Source of the DNA: Klebsormidium nitens
Lineage: Eukaryota; Plantae; Klebsormidiophyceae
Length of the DNA: 64,000 bases
Assembly: GCA_000708835.1 (NCBI GenBank)
Contig: DF237314.1
Span: forward strand, 27,927 to 91,926
Direction of reading: 5' to 3'
The notes beneath the pieces were generated by a model. That model saw nothing but the letters and a program-made list of their open reading frames with translations. It searched no databases and was not told the DNA's origin. Made by a program: the position numbers and the translations under genes. Of this stretch, positions 23,344-36,000 are shown one piece after another. Every line of letters begins with the position of its first letter. The stretch's first letter is position 1.

Positions 23344-25938
23344 ATGGGGAACAAGCGGCAGCGCTTGGCGCGGAAGAAGTTTCGGGATGAGAACCCTGTC
23401 CCTGAAGAAGTGAAGCCTGCGGCCGCAGATGGGGAGGAGCTGAAACCAACCAATAAGAAGCTGAAACTAGAGCGGTGGAAGAAGAGGATGGAGAAAGAGA
23501 GGGCCAGGGAAGAAAAGCTAGCGGCCAAGAAGAGATCGGAAAAGCCGGTGGGGAGTTGCTGGGCGTGTGGAGAGGACGGGCACCGCTCAAGTGATTGCCC
23601 CAGCAATAACAGACACAAGGCAAGTGACTTGAACCCTCGTCGCTGTCTTGTTTGATTGGAAGAAACTGTCACACATTTTCATTGAGGGTGGATTTGATAT
23701 GGTGGTGCAAAAATCTGCTTGACATTGCCAGCATCACTCGAGCTGGAGAGTTGGAGAGCACCACGCCTGATATGGTTTGCATCGAGTGCACAGATACTGC
23801 ACACCTCTTGCTGGTAATGGTCCTGCTGAAGCACTGGTCTTGATCTACCCGCCACTGCTTGTCACTGCAGTCGTGCGTACAGCAACTGGCCACATCAGAA
23901 TACCTGTCCGTACCCTTTAACGAAGCTCTGCAAATTAGGGTTTGCCCCGCTATTTTTTTTGCCATCCTTGGCCATTGCTTTTGAATTAGTGTCGCTTGGT
24001 CGAAAGGGCGCCAGAAGGCGTCAATCTTCCACAAGCCTTTTTTTGGATTAAGAGTACTTTTCTCTATGATGGCCAATTTAAGTCGCAGTTTGCGAACGCA
24101 TCTCATCGATAAGTTGGTACATTTCCAATGCCCTTCTGGACTCTTCTGCCCTCCACCCCCCCGCTTGTACGATTTTGGGGTTTCACAATAGACCATCTCT
24201 TTCTGGCAGATTTGCCTGGGGTGTCGAGGCCGGGGCCACACTCTGAAGACGTGTCCAAATGCAACAGGGGCGGAGCGAGGTTCAGAAGGGCCCTCAAAAG
24301 GGGCGACGAAGTTCTGTTACAATTGCGGGGAGGAGGGGCATAACCTGTCTGGTTGCAAAAAGCCTATCAAAGATGGTGAGCGCTTGCGTCGTTTGGTTTC
24401 TGTTCTTGTTTCAAAGCCTGGTTCTCAAGTGCCACTTGCCAGATAGAACGTGGACGGGGGTGTCAGGCAGTGAAGATTCCAGTTTTCGAATTCCGGGGCA
24501 AGCGCCCGACATTGCCCATGCTACACAGCACTTCGTTCTGACATGGTGGAATGTTTATTGAAGGCTCCCAAGAGCGCCAATTCAGAAGTCTTCTGAACGA
24601 GTGTCGACCAATTTCTTGGGTGTCTTGGTTTTTGGGTGAGACTATTCTGCTCGCATGCTTCATGCCACATATCAAGCTCTCTGAATAGGTTCGAACTCAC
24701 AGCATGGGTGCTCTGTCGTACTAGGTTTGTGAGCAAGCAAAGAGGCAGGATGCTCGCACAGCGGTTCTACTACACTATTGGATAGGACCCAAACAAAGTC
24801 TGGTTTCTGGATTTAACAGACTTCGTCGAGAGGGCCGGGCTGCTGAATGGCGAGGGCTATTTGTCACGCCCGTGGTAACCAATAGTGGTGTGTAGGCATT
24901 TTAGCGACAGCAAGAAGCTCCGTTCCGTTTTGTTCCGTTCCGTTCCGTTCCGTTCCGTTCCGAAAATGAACTTGTGACATGAGTGCGTCTCATGCTGACT
25001 GGGTGCTTGCATGCTGCAGGGGGCACACAGTTTGCAACGTGCTTCGTGTGCAAGCAGAAGGGCCACATTAGCGCGGCCTGCCCACAGAACGAGCATGGCA
25101 TCTACCCCAAGGTAAGAATCTTTCGAAAGTTGACAGGTCTACAGAAGATTATACGCACAAGTGATAGTAACCAGTTCGTCCTAGTAATCATTGGGGAAGG
25201 GCCATATAGAGCTTAGTCGACTCAGATTCTTGAAGCAACGTACATAGTTCTTCTTTCACGTCATAAGATGCTCGGTGATGCCTATTCGAAAGATGCTGTT
25301 ACTTACGAGCCGTTTGTGCACTGCGGTGCTCATCACGTGTTTGTGGCCCTAGTTGTTTTCGTTCTTGGTGTTTAGCCTATTCGGTCGTCCCAATGCCTTT
25401 CTAATAAAGGTCTTCTTGTCCCATGCTTCGAATCTGTCCTAGAGCAACTGAAAAGCTCTATTCTCGTACAAACGTATCTGAGTTTCCTCTTTTGCAGGGT
25501 GGTTCGTGCAAGCACTGCCAAAGCGTCCGCCACCTTGCGAAGGACTGCCCCGAAAAAGCCCCGAAGAGTACCGTGTATGGTAGAAATACGCCAGCCCCGC
25601 CGGCGGCAGGCTTATCAGCGAAGAAAACCGTCTTTGCGAGCGGGGACGATTTAGAGGATGATTTCACGGGGCTCGAAACGCCTGCAAAAGCAATCAACTG
25701 GGGGAGCGACGACGAAGCTCGAGAAGGGGATGCGGGAGAGGACCCCGATAGCAAACGGGATGACGAGGTTGTTTTCGAAGCGCTGGGAGAGTCGAAAAAT
25801 GTGACAAGGAAACGGCACAGCGTCGGGAGCGAGTCGAAAAAGAAGCGGAAGGCGTCGGAGGATGAAGATGATAGAGCGATGCCGCAGTCGGCACCGGCAA
25901 AAATGACCAAGAAAAAGGCAAAGACAGTGACGTTCTAA
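23344..25938 (+). CDS. ZCCHC9: CCHC zinc-knuckle protein (ZCCHC9-like), five knuckles, ~324 aa
   Basis: Exons 23344-23619 (GC donor), 24210-24375, 25020-25111, 25498-25938 (975 nt, in frame). Knuckles: CWACGEDGHRSSDC, CLGCRGRGHTLKTC, CYNCGEEGHNLSGC, CFVCKQKGHISAAC, CKHCQSVRHLAKDC. The GIYPKGGSC linker is typical of ZCCHC9; basic N- and C-termini. Confidence 0.85.
24918..24962 (+). repeat. (TTCCG)n pentanucleotide microsatellite in ZCCHC9-like intron
   Basis: ctccgttccgttttgttccgttccgttccgttccgttccgttccg, ending ~55 nt upstream of the acceptor at 25019. Confidence 0.9.
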
Positions 25939-27062
25939 GTACACGTATCCCGCTCTGGAACGCACATATCCTGAGAGCTGCGCATGACTGACCCGATGAA
26001 TCGACTTGACGGTCCGGATCATTCCGAAACGGAAGTATAATTTCCACCATGTTTCCAAGCTCCAATTCCAAGTTGCAAGGTGCGTCTCGGAACTTCCTAC
26101 ATACAGATCGACGACACGGGGACCGATCACATATAGCTCGACCAAGGCATGTTAGGACGCCACCTGGCATGTACAGATTGCTTGCTTGACAGGTGCAATC
26201 TATCAGCTAAGCTCAAGTCCAAGTAGAGTACGACATCGACATCATGCAATTCCGACTCACAGCGGCGAAGCAAGAAGCATGATCGATCTTTTCTATAAGA
26301 TTGATGTTGATATTGCGTGACACATGACTGAGCTTGCCACAATAAAAGCACCCTCTACGTACGTCGTTTTATCTTCTATCATTGCAGCCGCCAACGTACA
26401 CGCGCATACAAAACATGTAAGACATGGGCAATTTGATATGGGCTTGCTGCGTGGTGCGCGCATGTTGGCGTCTGCCTTTACACGCGCGATTCAACTAAGT
26501 TCCTTCATGATTCGGATATGGCATATGCAGAATTTATTCAAAGGAATGGAAGCAATCATGTACGTACTTACACACGAAGAAATTGGAGATGAACATGGGC
26601 TCAATCAGATGCGCTGCCATGCAAGCAACTGCAGAAAACCGCGAACAGTTGTGATTTTGGTCGGTCCATCCTTGCTCCGCAGGTGCTCCGCGGGTATACC
26701 AGCGACGGCCAGGCCGCAGCAGATACGTCTCAAGTTCGCATGCAAGGGCGACCGCAGTCACGTGAATTTCAGAAGGGTTGCTTGTGTATGAAACTTCATT
26801 CGTCATCCATGCCCAGAGTCCGGTCAGTAACCTCAAGTTGCACCTGAATGTCCATTTTACCTATCTAGTCAGCAACATAGGATAATTGAATGAAAACGGC
26901 TATTCCTCCTAGGCTATCGCAGACACACTCTACAGGACAGCGCTGCTCCTGCTCTGATCTCTACATACCGATACCGTTGTTTGTACCTGGACTTTCGCAC
27001 CTCGGTCATGCTTTCGGCTGCTCGGTTGGGCCCCCCGACCACAGCGACTCCCCTTGCGTCAG

Positions 27063-30000
27063 CTAGTCGTCTAGCTGAGTCAGCAGCGCCACCCCCCGCT
27101 TTATCCAGTGCGCCTGCGGCCGATCCGACGGCAGCCGCACCTCCATGACGTAATTCGTCGAGTGCCCGGTGGTCGACAAGATCCCCCGCCGGTCGCTCGT
27201 CTTATAAATAGGGCACTCGTAGTGCGGGAATGACGTCATCTTGGCGATCTCCCGAGGGATCATCCAAATAACCGGGGCCTGCGTGTGCAGCTGCTTGGGC
27301 AAAGATTCCCCGAGCACGTGCCCGGTAGAGTCCCACCGGGCGCCTTCGAGGAACAGCCCGCGGCAGTAGACGCCGTCCTCGGGCCGCGCCGCGAGCGCGG
27401 CCGGGTCGTCCATGACCTGGAAGTCGAAGTCAATGACATCTGCAGGGAAAGGAAAAGAGCGAGTGTGTTACAAACGTCAGAGTATAGCGCAGGGTTTGGT
27501 GGCAACTGCAGCAAACTAACTTCGCCGTTTGCTTTTGCTTTCAAGGGGCCCTCCAGGCAATTTATGTCTCGGGGCAACTCGGAAGAGCAGAAATTTCCAT
27601 CCTGAAACAGGTCCTTGGATAGTCTATGTGCTAATACCTGCAATACCAGAGTTGGTTATTCATCCCAGTATTAGCTTGTTCATCCATACGAAACTGGAAG
27701 ACTGCAGCCGTCACACTCCAAACCGCCCGCCACAGAAGAACAACGACAAAGTCGAATCACAGTCAAACAATCTCTGAATTCCAAACCAATCTCCCAAACC
27801 AGAATCCCAAAAACCCACAGACGCCTCGACTTACCGATGGGCACCTTGTACTTGCGCGCGAAGTTCTGCTTGGCGCCCGTGAGGAACGACTGCGTGAAGA
27901 AGAAGCCCGAGAGCCAGAAGACGGTCGGGGGGCCGACGTCCACCCAAGACTGGAAGAACGCCACTTTTTCCAGCAAGTCTGCCACGTAACTCGCTAAGGG
28001 TTTCCGGCTGGGGTACGACCGGGCCGCCCACATGGCCGGGATCTTGCCGTCGAAGAGGGAGTTCCCCAGGGCCTCGAGCTCGGCGGAAAGGACGATGAGG
28101 CCCTTGAGCGCTTTCTGGAGCTCCAGCAGACTGCAGAACGGAGAAATCAACGATGTTGAGACGAGGTGGGGGAGGCGAAAACTTAGGAACTTTAAAAGCT
28201 TTGTAATTTCAAACGGTCTTCTTCTTGTGCTTCGTGACTGTTTTGGAGGTTGATATTAGCGGAGTCGATTGCGTTCAAGGGTTGGTGGGCCTCAAGTGCT
28301 TTCTGGACTGCAAATTAGAGTTCATTGGGGGCGCATGGGAGATTGGCCTGGAAGGTACGGAACTGACCGTCGAGAGGTTTTGAAAGTGCATTTTCGTGTT
28401 TCAAATGTGTGCAATCGTCTTGCGCACTTCTGAACCGATCGAAGTCCCTCACTGATCAGTGAAGCGATCTTCAGCTTGGTGAGGAAAGAGCTTCCCATTA
28501 GGATGCATACAAGCAGAGCAGCGGTCTTTGAGGGTACGATTACAAGGAACGGGAACGGGAGCGAATGAGCCGCGAGTCGAGATTCCGGTCCTAGATAAAC
28601 TAACATAAGGCAACAATTGGCAGGAAGCTCATGTGGAACGGCAGTTTCTCCTGCCGAATCTTGTTTTTTCTGGAGGACAACAGACAGGACGCAGAAAACG
28701 CCTTCAACCTTGCAGCCCGTTACCCCGCTTTGCGCCACGTGGCACCCGCTCACCTGGATCGCACCACCGAGAGCAGCCGGTTGTACCTCCCCAGCTCCTG
28801 GCACAGCACCGTGTTCATCGACTCCAAATAAGTTACCGGGTACTTCAACTGGGCCGCTTCGATGTCGAAGTTTCCGGGCAGCTTGCTCAGAATATCCGCC
28901 GCCAGATTCCCCAGCGTCTCCTCGCGCGTCAACCGCTTCGGCTTCGCCTCGACCTTCTTGCCCGCGGCCGCCGCGGGCGCGGCCGCGGGAACCGCCGACG
29001 CCTGCGTCAGCAGCAGGCTGTCCACCAGCAGCGTCGTCTCGTTCATGTCCTTGGTGACGTCAGCGTTGTCGTGGAAGCCGAAGACCTCGGGCCGGGGTTG
29101 AACCGGTAGTTTCTTGATAAACTCTAAATAGTCGTCATACACCCCGTCGGGGGGGGCGCGGTACAGACCGGACTCGGACAGCGCATAGTCCGACGTCAGC
29201 AGCTCCTCGCAGTAGACGTGCGCGAGCACGGTGGTGAGCGTGCGCCGGTCGTGGTCGTCGGTGACGCGGCCGCCGTAGTTGCACTCGCCGGTGAGGTAGC
29301 GGAGGGCTTTGTACGGGACCTCGTCCGGGTACTCGTCCAAAAACATCTGCAGCTGCCGGACGCTGATGCGCAGGTCCGCGTCGTTGAACTCGTACGGGAT
29401 GTTCCACCCCAGCGGGCCGAACTTGCGGCGCTCCTGCAAAAGGAATGTAACGTTCGATCTTGTTTTGGGCTGCAGAGATCGGTCCCACGGGAATCAATGT
29501 ATTCTTTTGAGAGCCAGTATGAACGCTGGTGGCATGAGAGGGAGGATCTGAAGCCCCATGTGGAAGAAAAGGAAGGATGCAAACATCAAAGTGATTGCAT
29601 TGAAAAGCGCGAACCTGCTAAGTAGCTCGTCGACCATTTGACAGGAAGCCAAAGTTGCTTGACAAACGGGCAATATCGTCCACCTCGGATGTTTCTGGAG
29701 GCTTCACTTGGGTTTGGTGAAGGAAAATTTGACGAGTACTGCTTGGAAGTGGCTAACACTTTCCCTACTTTACCTGATGTCGTTGTCTCGAAGACGAGAA
29801 GTAAGAAAGACTCCTGCCGGCGGTGACTCTCAAAATCACGTACGAAAAGCGCGCCCAATCAAGTCAGTTTGCTCTCCAGGTGCATCGGATCTCCTCTGCA
29901 ATACTATTGATCAGCTCTCCGAACGACTCAGGTAATTGCGCGCAAACCCAAAAACCCTTACAACTCTCCAACGGCACAAACTAACGGACTAAGGCACAAT

Positions 30001-33000
30001 TTTCTTGCCTCGAGCTAGCCTTACCTGCAGGAACGCGTGGAAGAAGCACAGCCCGAAGAGCATCTTCCGCCACTCGGGCCCCTTGGCGCAACCCCCGAAG
30101 AAGCTCGGGTCCGAGATCGGGTGACTCAAATACGACCCGGTTAGGTTAGCCTTCAACCCCTTCGGCGGCTCGTTAGTCATCTTCAACCCGTTTTGCAGCA
30201 CGCTGACCGGGAACGCGTCGCTGGGGTAACTCGTCAACCATAACCGGAATTCCGGGTGCGCTTTTTCCACGGTCAACTCCGTCTCGCACAGCCGCTCCAA
30301 CGTGGGCATCCAGGAGACCGCCAGGTGGCAGTTCTGGAGCGCGACCCAGAAGCCAGCGCGCGCGGCCTCCGCGAGCAGCTTTGCGGCGACCGGGCCCTGG
30401 CCCTGGCCCAGCGAAACAGTCTCGATGCGCACGTTCTTGTCGCCGGCAAACTTGAGAAGTGACGACATGGGGTCGGACCCGGGGGAAAGGACGAAGATGA
30501 GCGGCGTCGCGGCCGCGGAGTCGCCGAAGCAGGTCTCGAGGTTTAGTGGCGGCGGCTCGACGAAGCGCGCGCCCAGGGTTTCGGACACGTAGCGGACGAT
30601 GGCGGGGACGACCTTGTCCGCGCGCAGGCAGCGCAGGACCAGCATTTTCTGCGGGCGCGAGTTGCGCGGTTAGGATGAGGGTTAGTAAAACGATCCAAAG
30701 GCCTTCGGTAATGCATCTCTAGGTCTGTTCGAGGGTTTGACACGAGATATTTCCGCCCTGCTCCACTCTGGCTCTGTCGACTGTTGCAACTGCGAAACTG
30801 AGAGCCTGCTCCTAAGTTATCCGACCGCCCGCGGATTGAACGGTGGAAGCTCACCAAACGGTCACGCTTGAGGTTCGACGAGAAAAAGCGGCCGGTGAGT
30901 CTAAACGATTTGCTGTCCAAGCAGCATCATTTGCTGGAATAAGTCCCAGCAAAATGCGTAGTAGCACATAACAAACTTGCTCGAGATAAGGCAACCTCGT
31001 CGAAACCCGCTTGAAGACTCTCCTTGTGCACTTTTGCCACAGCCAAAAACAGGGCAGGTATCGTGCTGTTCTAACCCACCTGGAACGAATTGAAGTTTTG
31101 GCCATATGGCGCCGGCAGCGCCTCCAGGTGCGGCTCCGCGCTGTCGTAGACCGCCCGCCACTTCTCGGGGGCCGCTGCCACAGCCTTTTCGAAACCCCCG
31201 AACGCCTCCAACTTCGCCAACCGGCAAATCTCGCCCCAGGCCTTCTCCTGCAGCCACGCGGCCGCGTTGCCCGCCGGCCGCGGCGGCGCCGCGTCGACCG
31301 CCAAACCCCCGGTTAACAAAAACCGCAACTCGTCTGCGTCCATCTTCCCTTCGCCGGCGAGTATTTTCACCGCCATGAGAAAGGAGAACAGGGTCTTATC
31401 TTTCTCAAAAAGCCCGCGACAAACGTTACAGTAGACGGAGTAAGTAAAGTAGTCGTTCAGCGCCTTGAGCCGCTTGCTCAGGACCGCGCTCTTCTCGCTG
31501 TGCGCGATCGCGCGCGTGAAAAGGTCGATGAACCAGGCCAGGCTGTACTGGTACATCGGCTCGATGTTGGCCAGGTCCGCGACGCAGAAGAACAAAATGC
31601 TCGCGAGCGCGGCGACCGGCGTGTAACCCGCGCGCGCTTCGTCGATGCGCGCCTCGGTCTGCTCCGCCACCGCCTGCTTCGCCGTGATCTCGTCGGACAG
31701 GGTTTTGGACGCGGACAGAACCTGCAGGGGACGCGGTTGAGGGTATGAGGAGTTTGTCCGAGTTTTGGGTTCCATAATCGGACCGCGAGGACCTAGAGGA
31801 CCATATGAGAAGGGTTCATGAGAGGGTAAAAGAAAAGGAAATCCCTTGGAGGACCATTTGCTTCTGTTGAACAGGCGTCGACCTCGCAGCCCCATTCATT
31901 ACTATGCTAATTAGGAAAGAATCTATTTGTCCTGATGACGCAGAAACTGACCGTATGGATCAAGATGTAAGCTTTTACATCGTGCCTCAGGCTGTTAGGA
32001 ATATTGAGAGTCACAACTCTTCTTCGATCTTTCAAGTTTGTAGAACATGTTCATAACCGACACGTTCCAGACGTTTAAAGGTAGAATGCAGTCTCGGTTC
32101 CGTTCCGCCCACCTGGATTCCGCTCTCGTCCTCCAGGATGTTGCCGTCCCGCGAGAGCACCTGCAGGATCTTGTCCTCGATCTCCGCCAGCTGCCGCTTG
32201 TTCTCCGCGCCCTGCAGCAGCAGCGCGTTTTTCTCCTCCTCTAGTTCCGGCCGCTCGCGCGCGACCGCGATACCAAGCAGCTGGTCCAGCAAACCCTCGG
32301 GCGTGATCATGAAGTTGAGCAGCGTCACCTGGCAAAAAAAGGGTTAAGAAGATGGTTACGGCAGATAGAATGAGGGCACCGGATGCTGTGAAGACTGGTC
32401 ACACCTCATACTGACTTTTTGGGCTCAAACTTCGGGCAACCCATTCTAGCAAGGGCGTAATTGAAAACTGAACGTGACAGTCTGATCTCCCGGAGTTCCC
32501 GGAAGCTCTTCTTCAGTTTCACTAGAGAAGGGGACTTTAAGAGGTTTCTCTATGTTCATTGGATGGCGCTGAGGGCGTGCTTACCTTGGTGGACAGTTCC
32601 GGCGTGTAGTGCGGGTTCCGCAGCTTGGAGGTCATGTAGAAGCGGAACTGCGGCGAGTACTCGATCGTGTTGTCGCCCAGCCGGATGCACAGCATGCCGC
32701 CCTGCTTGAACGTCTGCGAAAGAAGGGAGAATGAGTTCAGCGTCGCTGTCAATACAGAGATGGAAAAGACAAGTGCGTAAACGATCCAAGGCGAAGGATT
32801 CACAATGAGTCTTCTGCGGATAGCAATCCGGGTGGTAATAAGCACGCGACTCAGGTTTCAGAAAGAGCGTACGAAGCTTGTTTGCCAAGGTTTGGATGAA
32901 AAAAGAACCGAGAAAACCCTGACGCTAACCCCCTCCGAGATAGAAAGGAACCGGAGACATTGCCGCAAGTTGTTCTATCCTCCCCAGCCTGATAGGCTCA

Positions 33001-36000
33001 GTTGACAGGCCGAAACTTGCAATGAACTTCGCTGTAGATATTTTCTCGAACTTGACACATCACGCGGCCGCGCGCTCTTGCGCTCTTGCGCGCGCTCTCA
33101 CCTGCTGCAGCAGCAGCGGCTCGAGCGCGGGGTCCAGCTCCTCGCCGACGTTCTCCAGCAGCACCGGCTTCCCGAACTGGATTGCGTTCTCTAACCGTCG
33201 CAAAAAGTCGGCGTCGCTCAGCTTAACCACCGCTAACCCGTTTTCTTTCTCCATGTTCTTCACCCACTTGTTAGCCTGACCCTGTGGGTCGATCATGAGC
33301 GGCCAGCGGCGGCTGTTGGAAACTATGAGTGCGTTGTCCGTGCTGCACTGGTCCTTGGGCAGGCCCGCCAAGTTCCACGCGCGCACCTGCGCGCGCGCAT
33401 TGAAAGAGGACGGTCTACGGTTGGATCGGCTTGAACCTGTGGGGTTGTGCGATCAGGCAAGCCAGGGAGGGCTTTTGATTTGCAAGCAACGCTAATGCGA
33501 AGCTGATTTTCCAGGATCCTTTCGAGCTTGGACGACAAGATGATGATCAAGCGACAGTTAAAACCGGTCATCAAGTCTTCGTGCTCCTAGATGAAAGGCG
33601 GATTCCCCCGGAAGCATATTGGGACCTTAGCAGGAAACAGTTTGCGACGTCAAGACGAAAAACAAGTCACAACATCATTGCTTGGAAAGTGGTGACATGG
33701 TATTAATTCTGCTGTTTCACCGGAGAGAAAATAGGAACCCCAAAGTCCATGTCACGGCCGCCCACCTTGACCGGGTCCGCCAGCACGGCCGCCAGCGTGA
33801 ACTCGTCGCTACACGGGAGGCCCTTCTCGCGGCACCGGCGCGCCCAGTCGCGCGCGCACTCCTCCCGGAAGAGCGGTGTGAACGCGCCCAGGTACGCGAT
33901 CACACCGGAGCTCAAGAGCACGTCCCCGGTCAGTTTGGTGTACAATTTGCCGTACGATTCCGCGCTTTTCGTCCACCGGGCCTTTTCCCCGCCCAAACCA
34001 GAGACCAGCTGCGTCGCGCGCTCAATCTTGCGCGCGCACAGGTCCACGTCGGACTCGAGCTTCCGCTTCTTGGCGTTCTGCTCGCGCAGGTTTGCGTCCA
34101 GCGCGGCCAGCTTGTCTTCCACCTGCGATACGAAATGCAATTCTTTTGTCTCAATCCTATTAAGTCCTGCGCGTGCATAATCAAAGGTAAGAAGCGGAAA
34201 TTGTGAAAGCTGTGACAAGATTGGATTGCAGGCAAACCCATTTTGACCTCAGACTCTTGCAGCTTTTTGCATCTGTGAGCGAAATTAAGCCCTTTCCCAG
34301 CCGTTCCAAACCGCCATCTGACTCCTGACTGGCAAGTCCGTATTCAAATTCGAAGACGCAAATCCGCAAGCGCCAAGCTTTCTAACCTCCAGAACCCGCG
34401 CCCATTTTGCGCCCCAGCGTTTCCGTATTGGATATCAAAGTGAAGACCGACGCACAGCATCCACAGCCAACGATCGAACAACGGATCAAGCCGCCGCGGC
34501 CGCGATTGCGCCGCAAAACCCAAACCCCCGCGCACCTTCTGCAGTTCCGCCTGCTTCACCCGCAGCTTGGCCATGACGTCATTGTACTCCGCCTCCGCGA
34601 CCACGAGCGCGGCTTTCTTGGGCGCGACCACTTTCGCGACGCGGTCATACGCCTCCATCGCGCGGACCCAGCAGGACAGTCCGTACGCGGCGGTCGATAC
34701 GGACCGGATCTTGTCCGGGGCCATGTCCGGGTTCTCGATGTACCTGATGGGTGTACGCTCGTTTAAAGGGCCATCCGTTAAGTGAAAATCCAGAAGAAGA
34801 ACAAGACAAACCTGATCTTTCTGGACTCGATGTTCAGCCTAGCCAAAGCTTAATCTAGGGAGAAGACGATTAAAGCAAAGGTTTCATGGCAACCAGTTGC
34901 AAAGGGGAGGGTCGACAACAGCACGCTTGAAATGCAGATGCAGCTCGAGAATGTTCAAACCCAGGTATATGTCGGTACAAAATTCCCAAAAGCCAAAAAC
35001 CCTTCTTTCCGTTGGATGCGATGCTTCGGAGCCGACTGGTGATGGGAGTTTCCACGCGGAACAGTACCTCATGTGCGCAAAACTGCGGCAAGCCCGCCAT
35101 TCGAAGTCCAACCGACTCAAGCGCGCCACGCGTCGACTCACGGGAGGATCATGGAGATCGTCTTGGACGGGATGTTGTCCTTGTCGAACTCCTTCAGGCT
35201 CTGCAGGAACCCTGCGTCGGCCAGCACCTTCTTGCTCGACTCCCAGTAATCGTCCACCATTTTCCCACTGCCCGGGTCCTTCAACCGGGTAGGCTTCACG
35301 TTCTTCATGATGCACACCGCCTCCATCACGAGCTTCACCCCGGCCGGCGGGCTCTTCATGCCCTTGAGTTCCGTGATGTCGTTCTTGCTTAGAGTGTCCA
35401 GCGCCTGCGCGCGCGCGTAAGGAAGTGTTAGCGATTCAAAAGATACGGGTGAAGTTACTCGAAGCAGAGGCAGATAAGATTGCGTCTGCTTTTCACTGCG
35501 CTCCGCTTAGGCGTTCTTGCTACGCGCGCGCGGGGGGTCAGAGGGGTCAGAATGGACAGGAGAAAGGTCCGATATGGATGAGATTCTTCAAGCTGTTGGT
35601 GCCGTTATTGTCTGACTGATTTGAACGACGTCAGCGCTTGAGTACCCCCTTTTGACGAGAACGAGATTGAGAGAATAAAACCAAATTTCGTTGGAAAGAC
35701 ACCTCAGGACCGTTAAGATGTTCCTAGCCCTCTACAGGAAGCCTGTTGTCACAAGCAGTTGTTCTGGGATGAACGACTGACATGCTATAGCAGACCCCTG
35801 GACTTTGATCCGTAAAACAGGGAGGCACTTACCCGCAGCGCGGCCTCAAGCTGCGGCATGGCCTCTGCGAGATCCGCTTCCGTGTCGTCCTTGATGGCCT
35901 TCGCGTCTGCTGCCTTCTTGCTCGCAATCTCTTCCTCGCCCTTCACCACCGCACGCACCTGGAGAGAGAGTGTGTCTAGAGTTTAGCCTTGGTATCGAAT

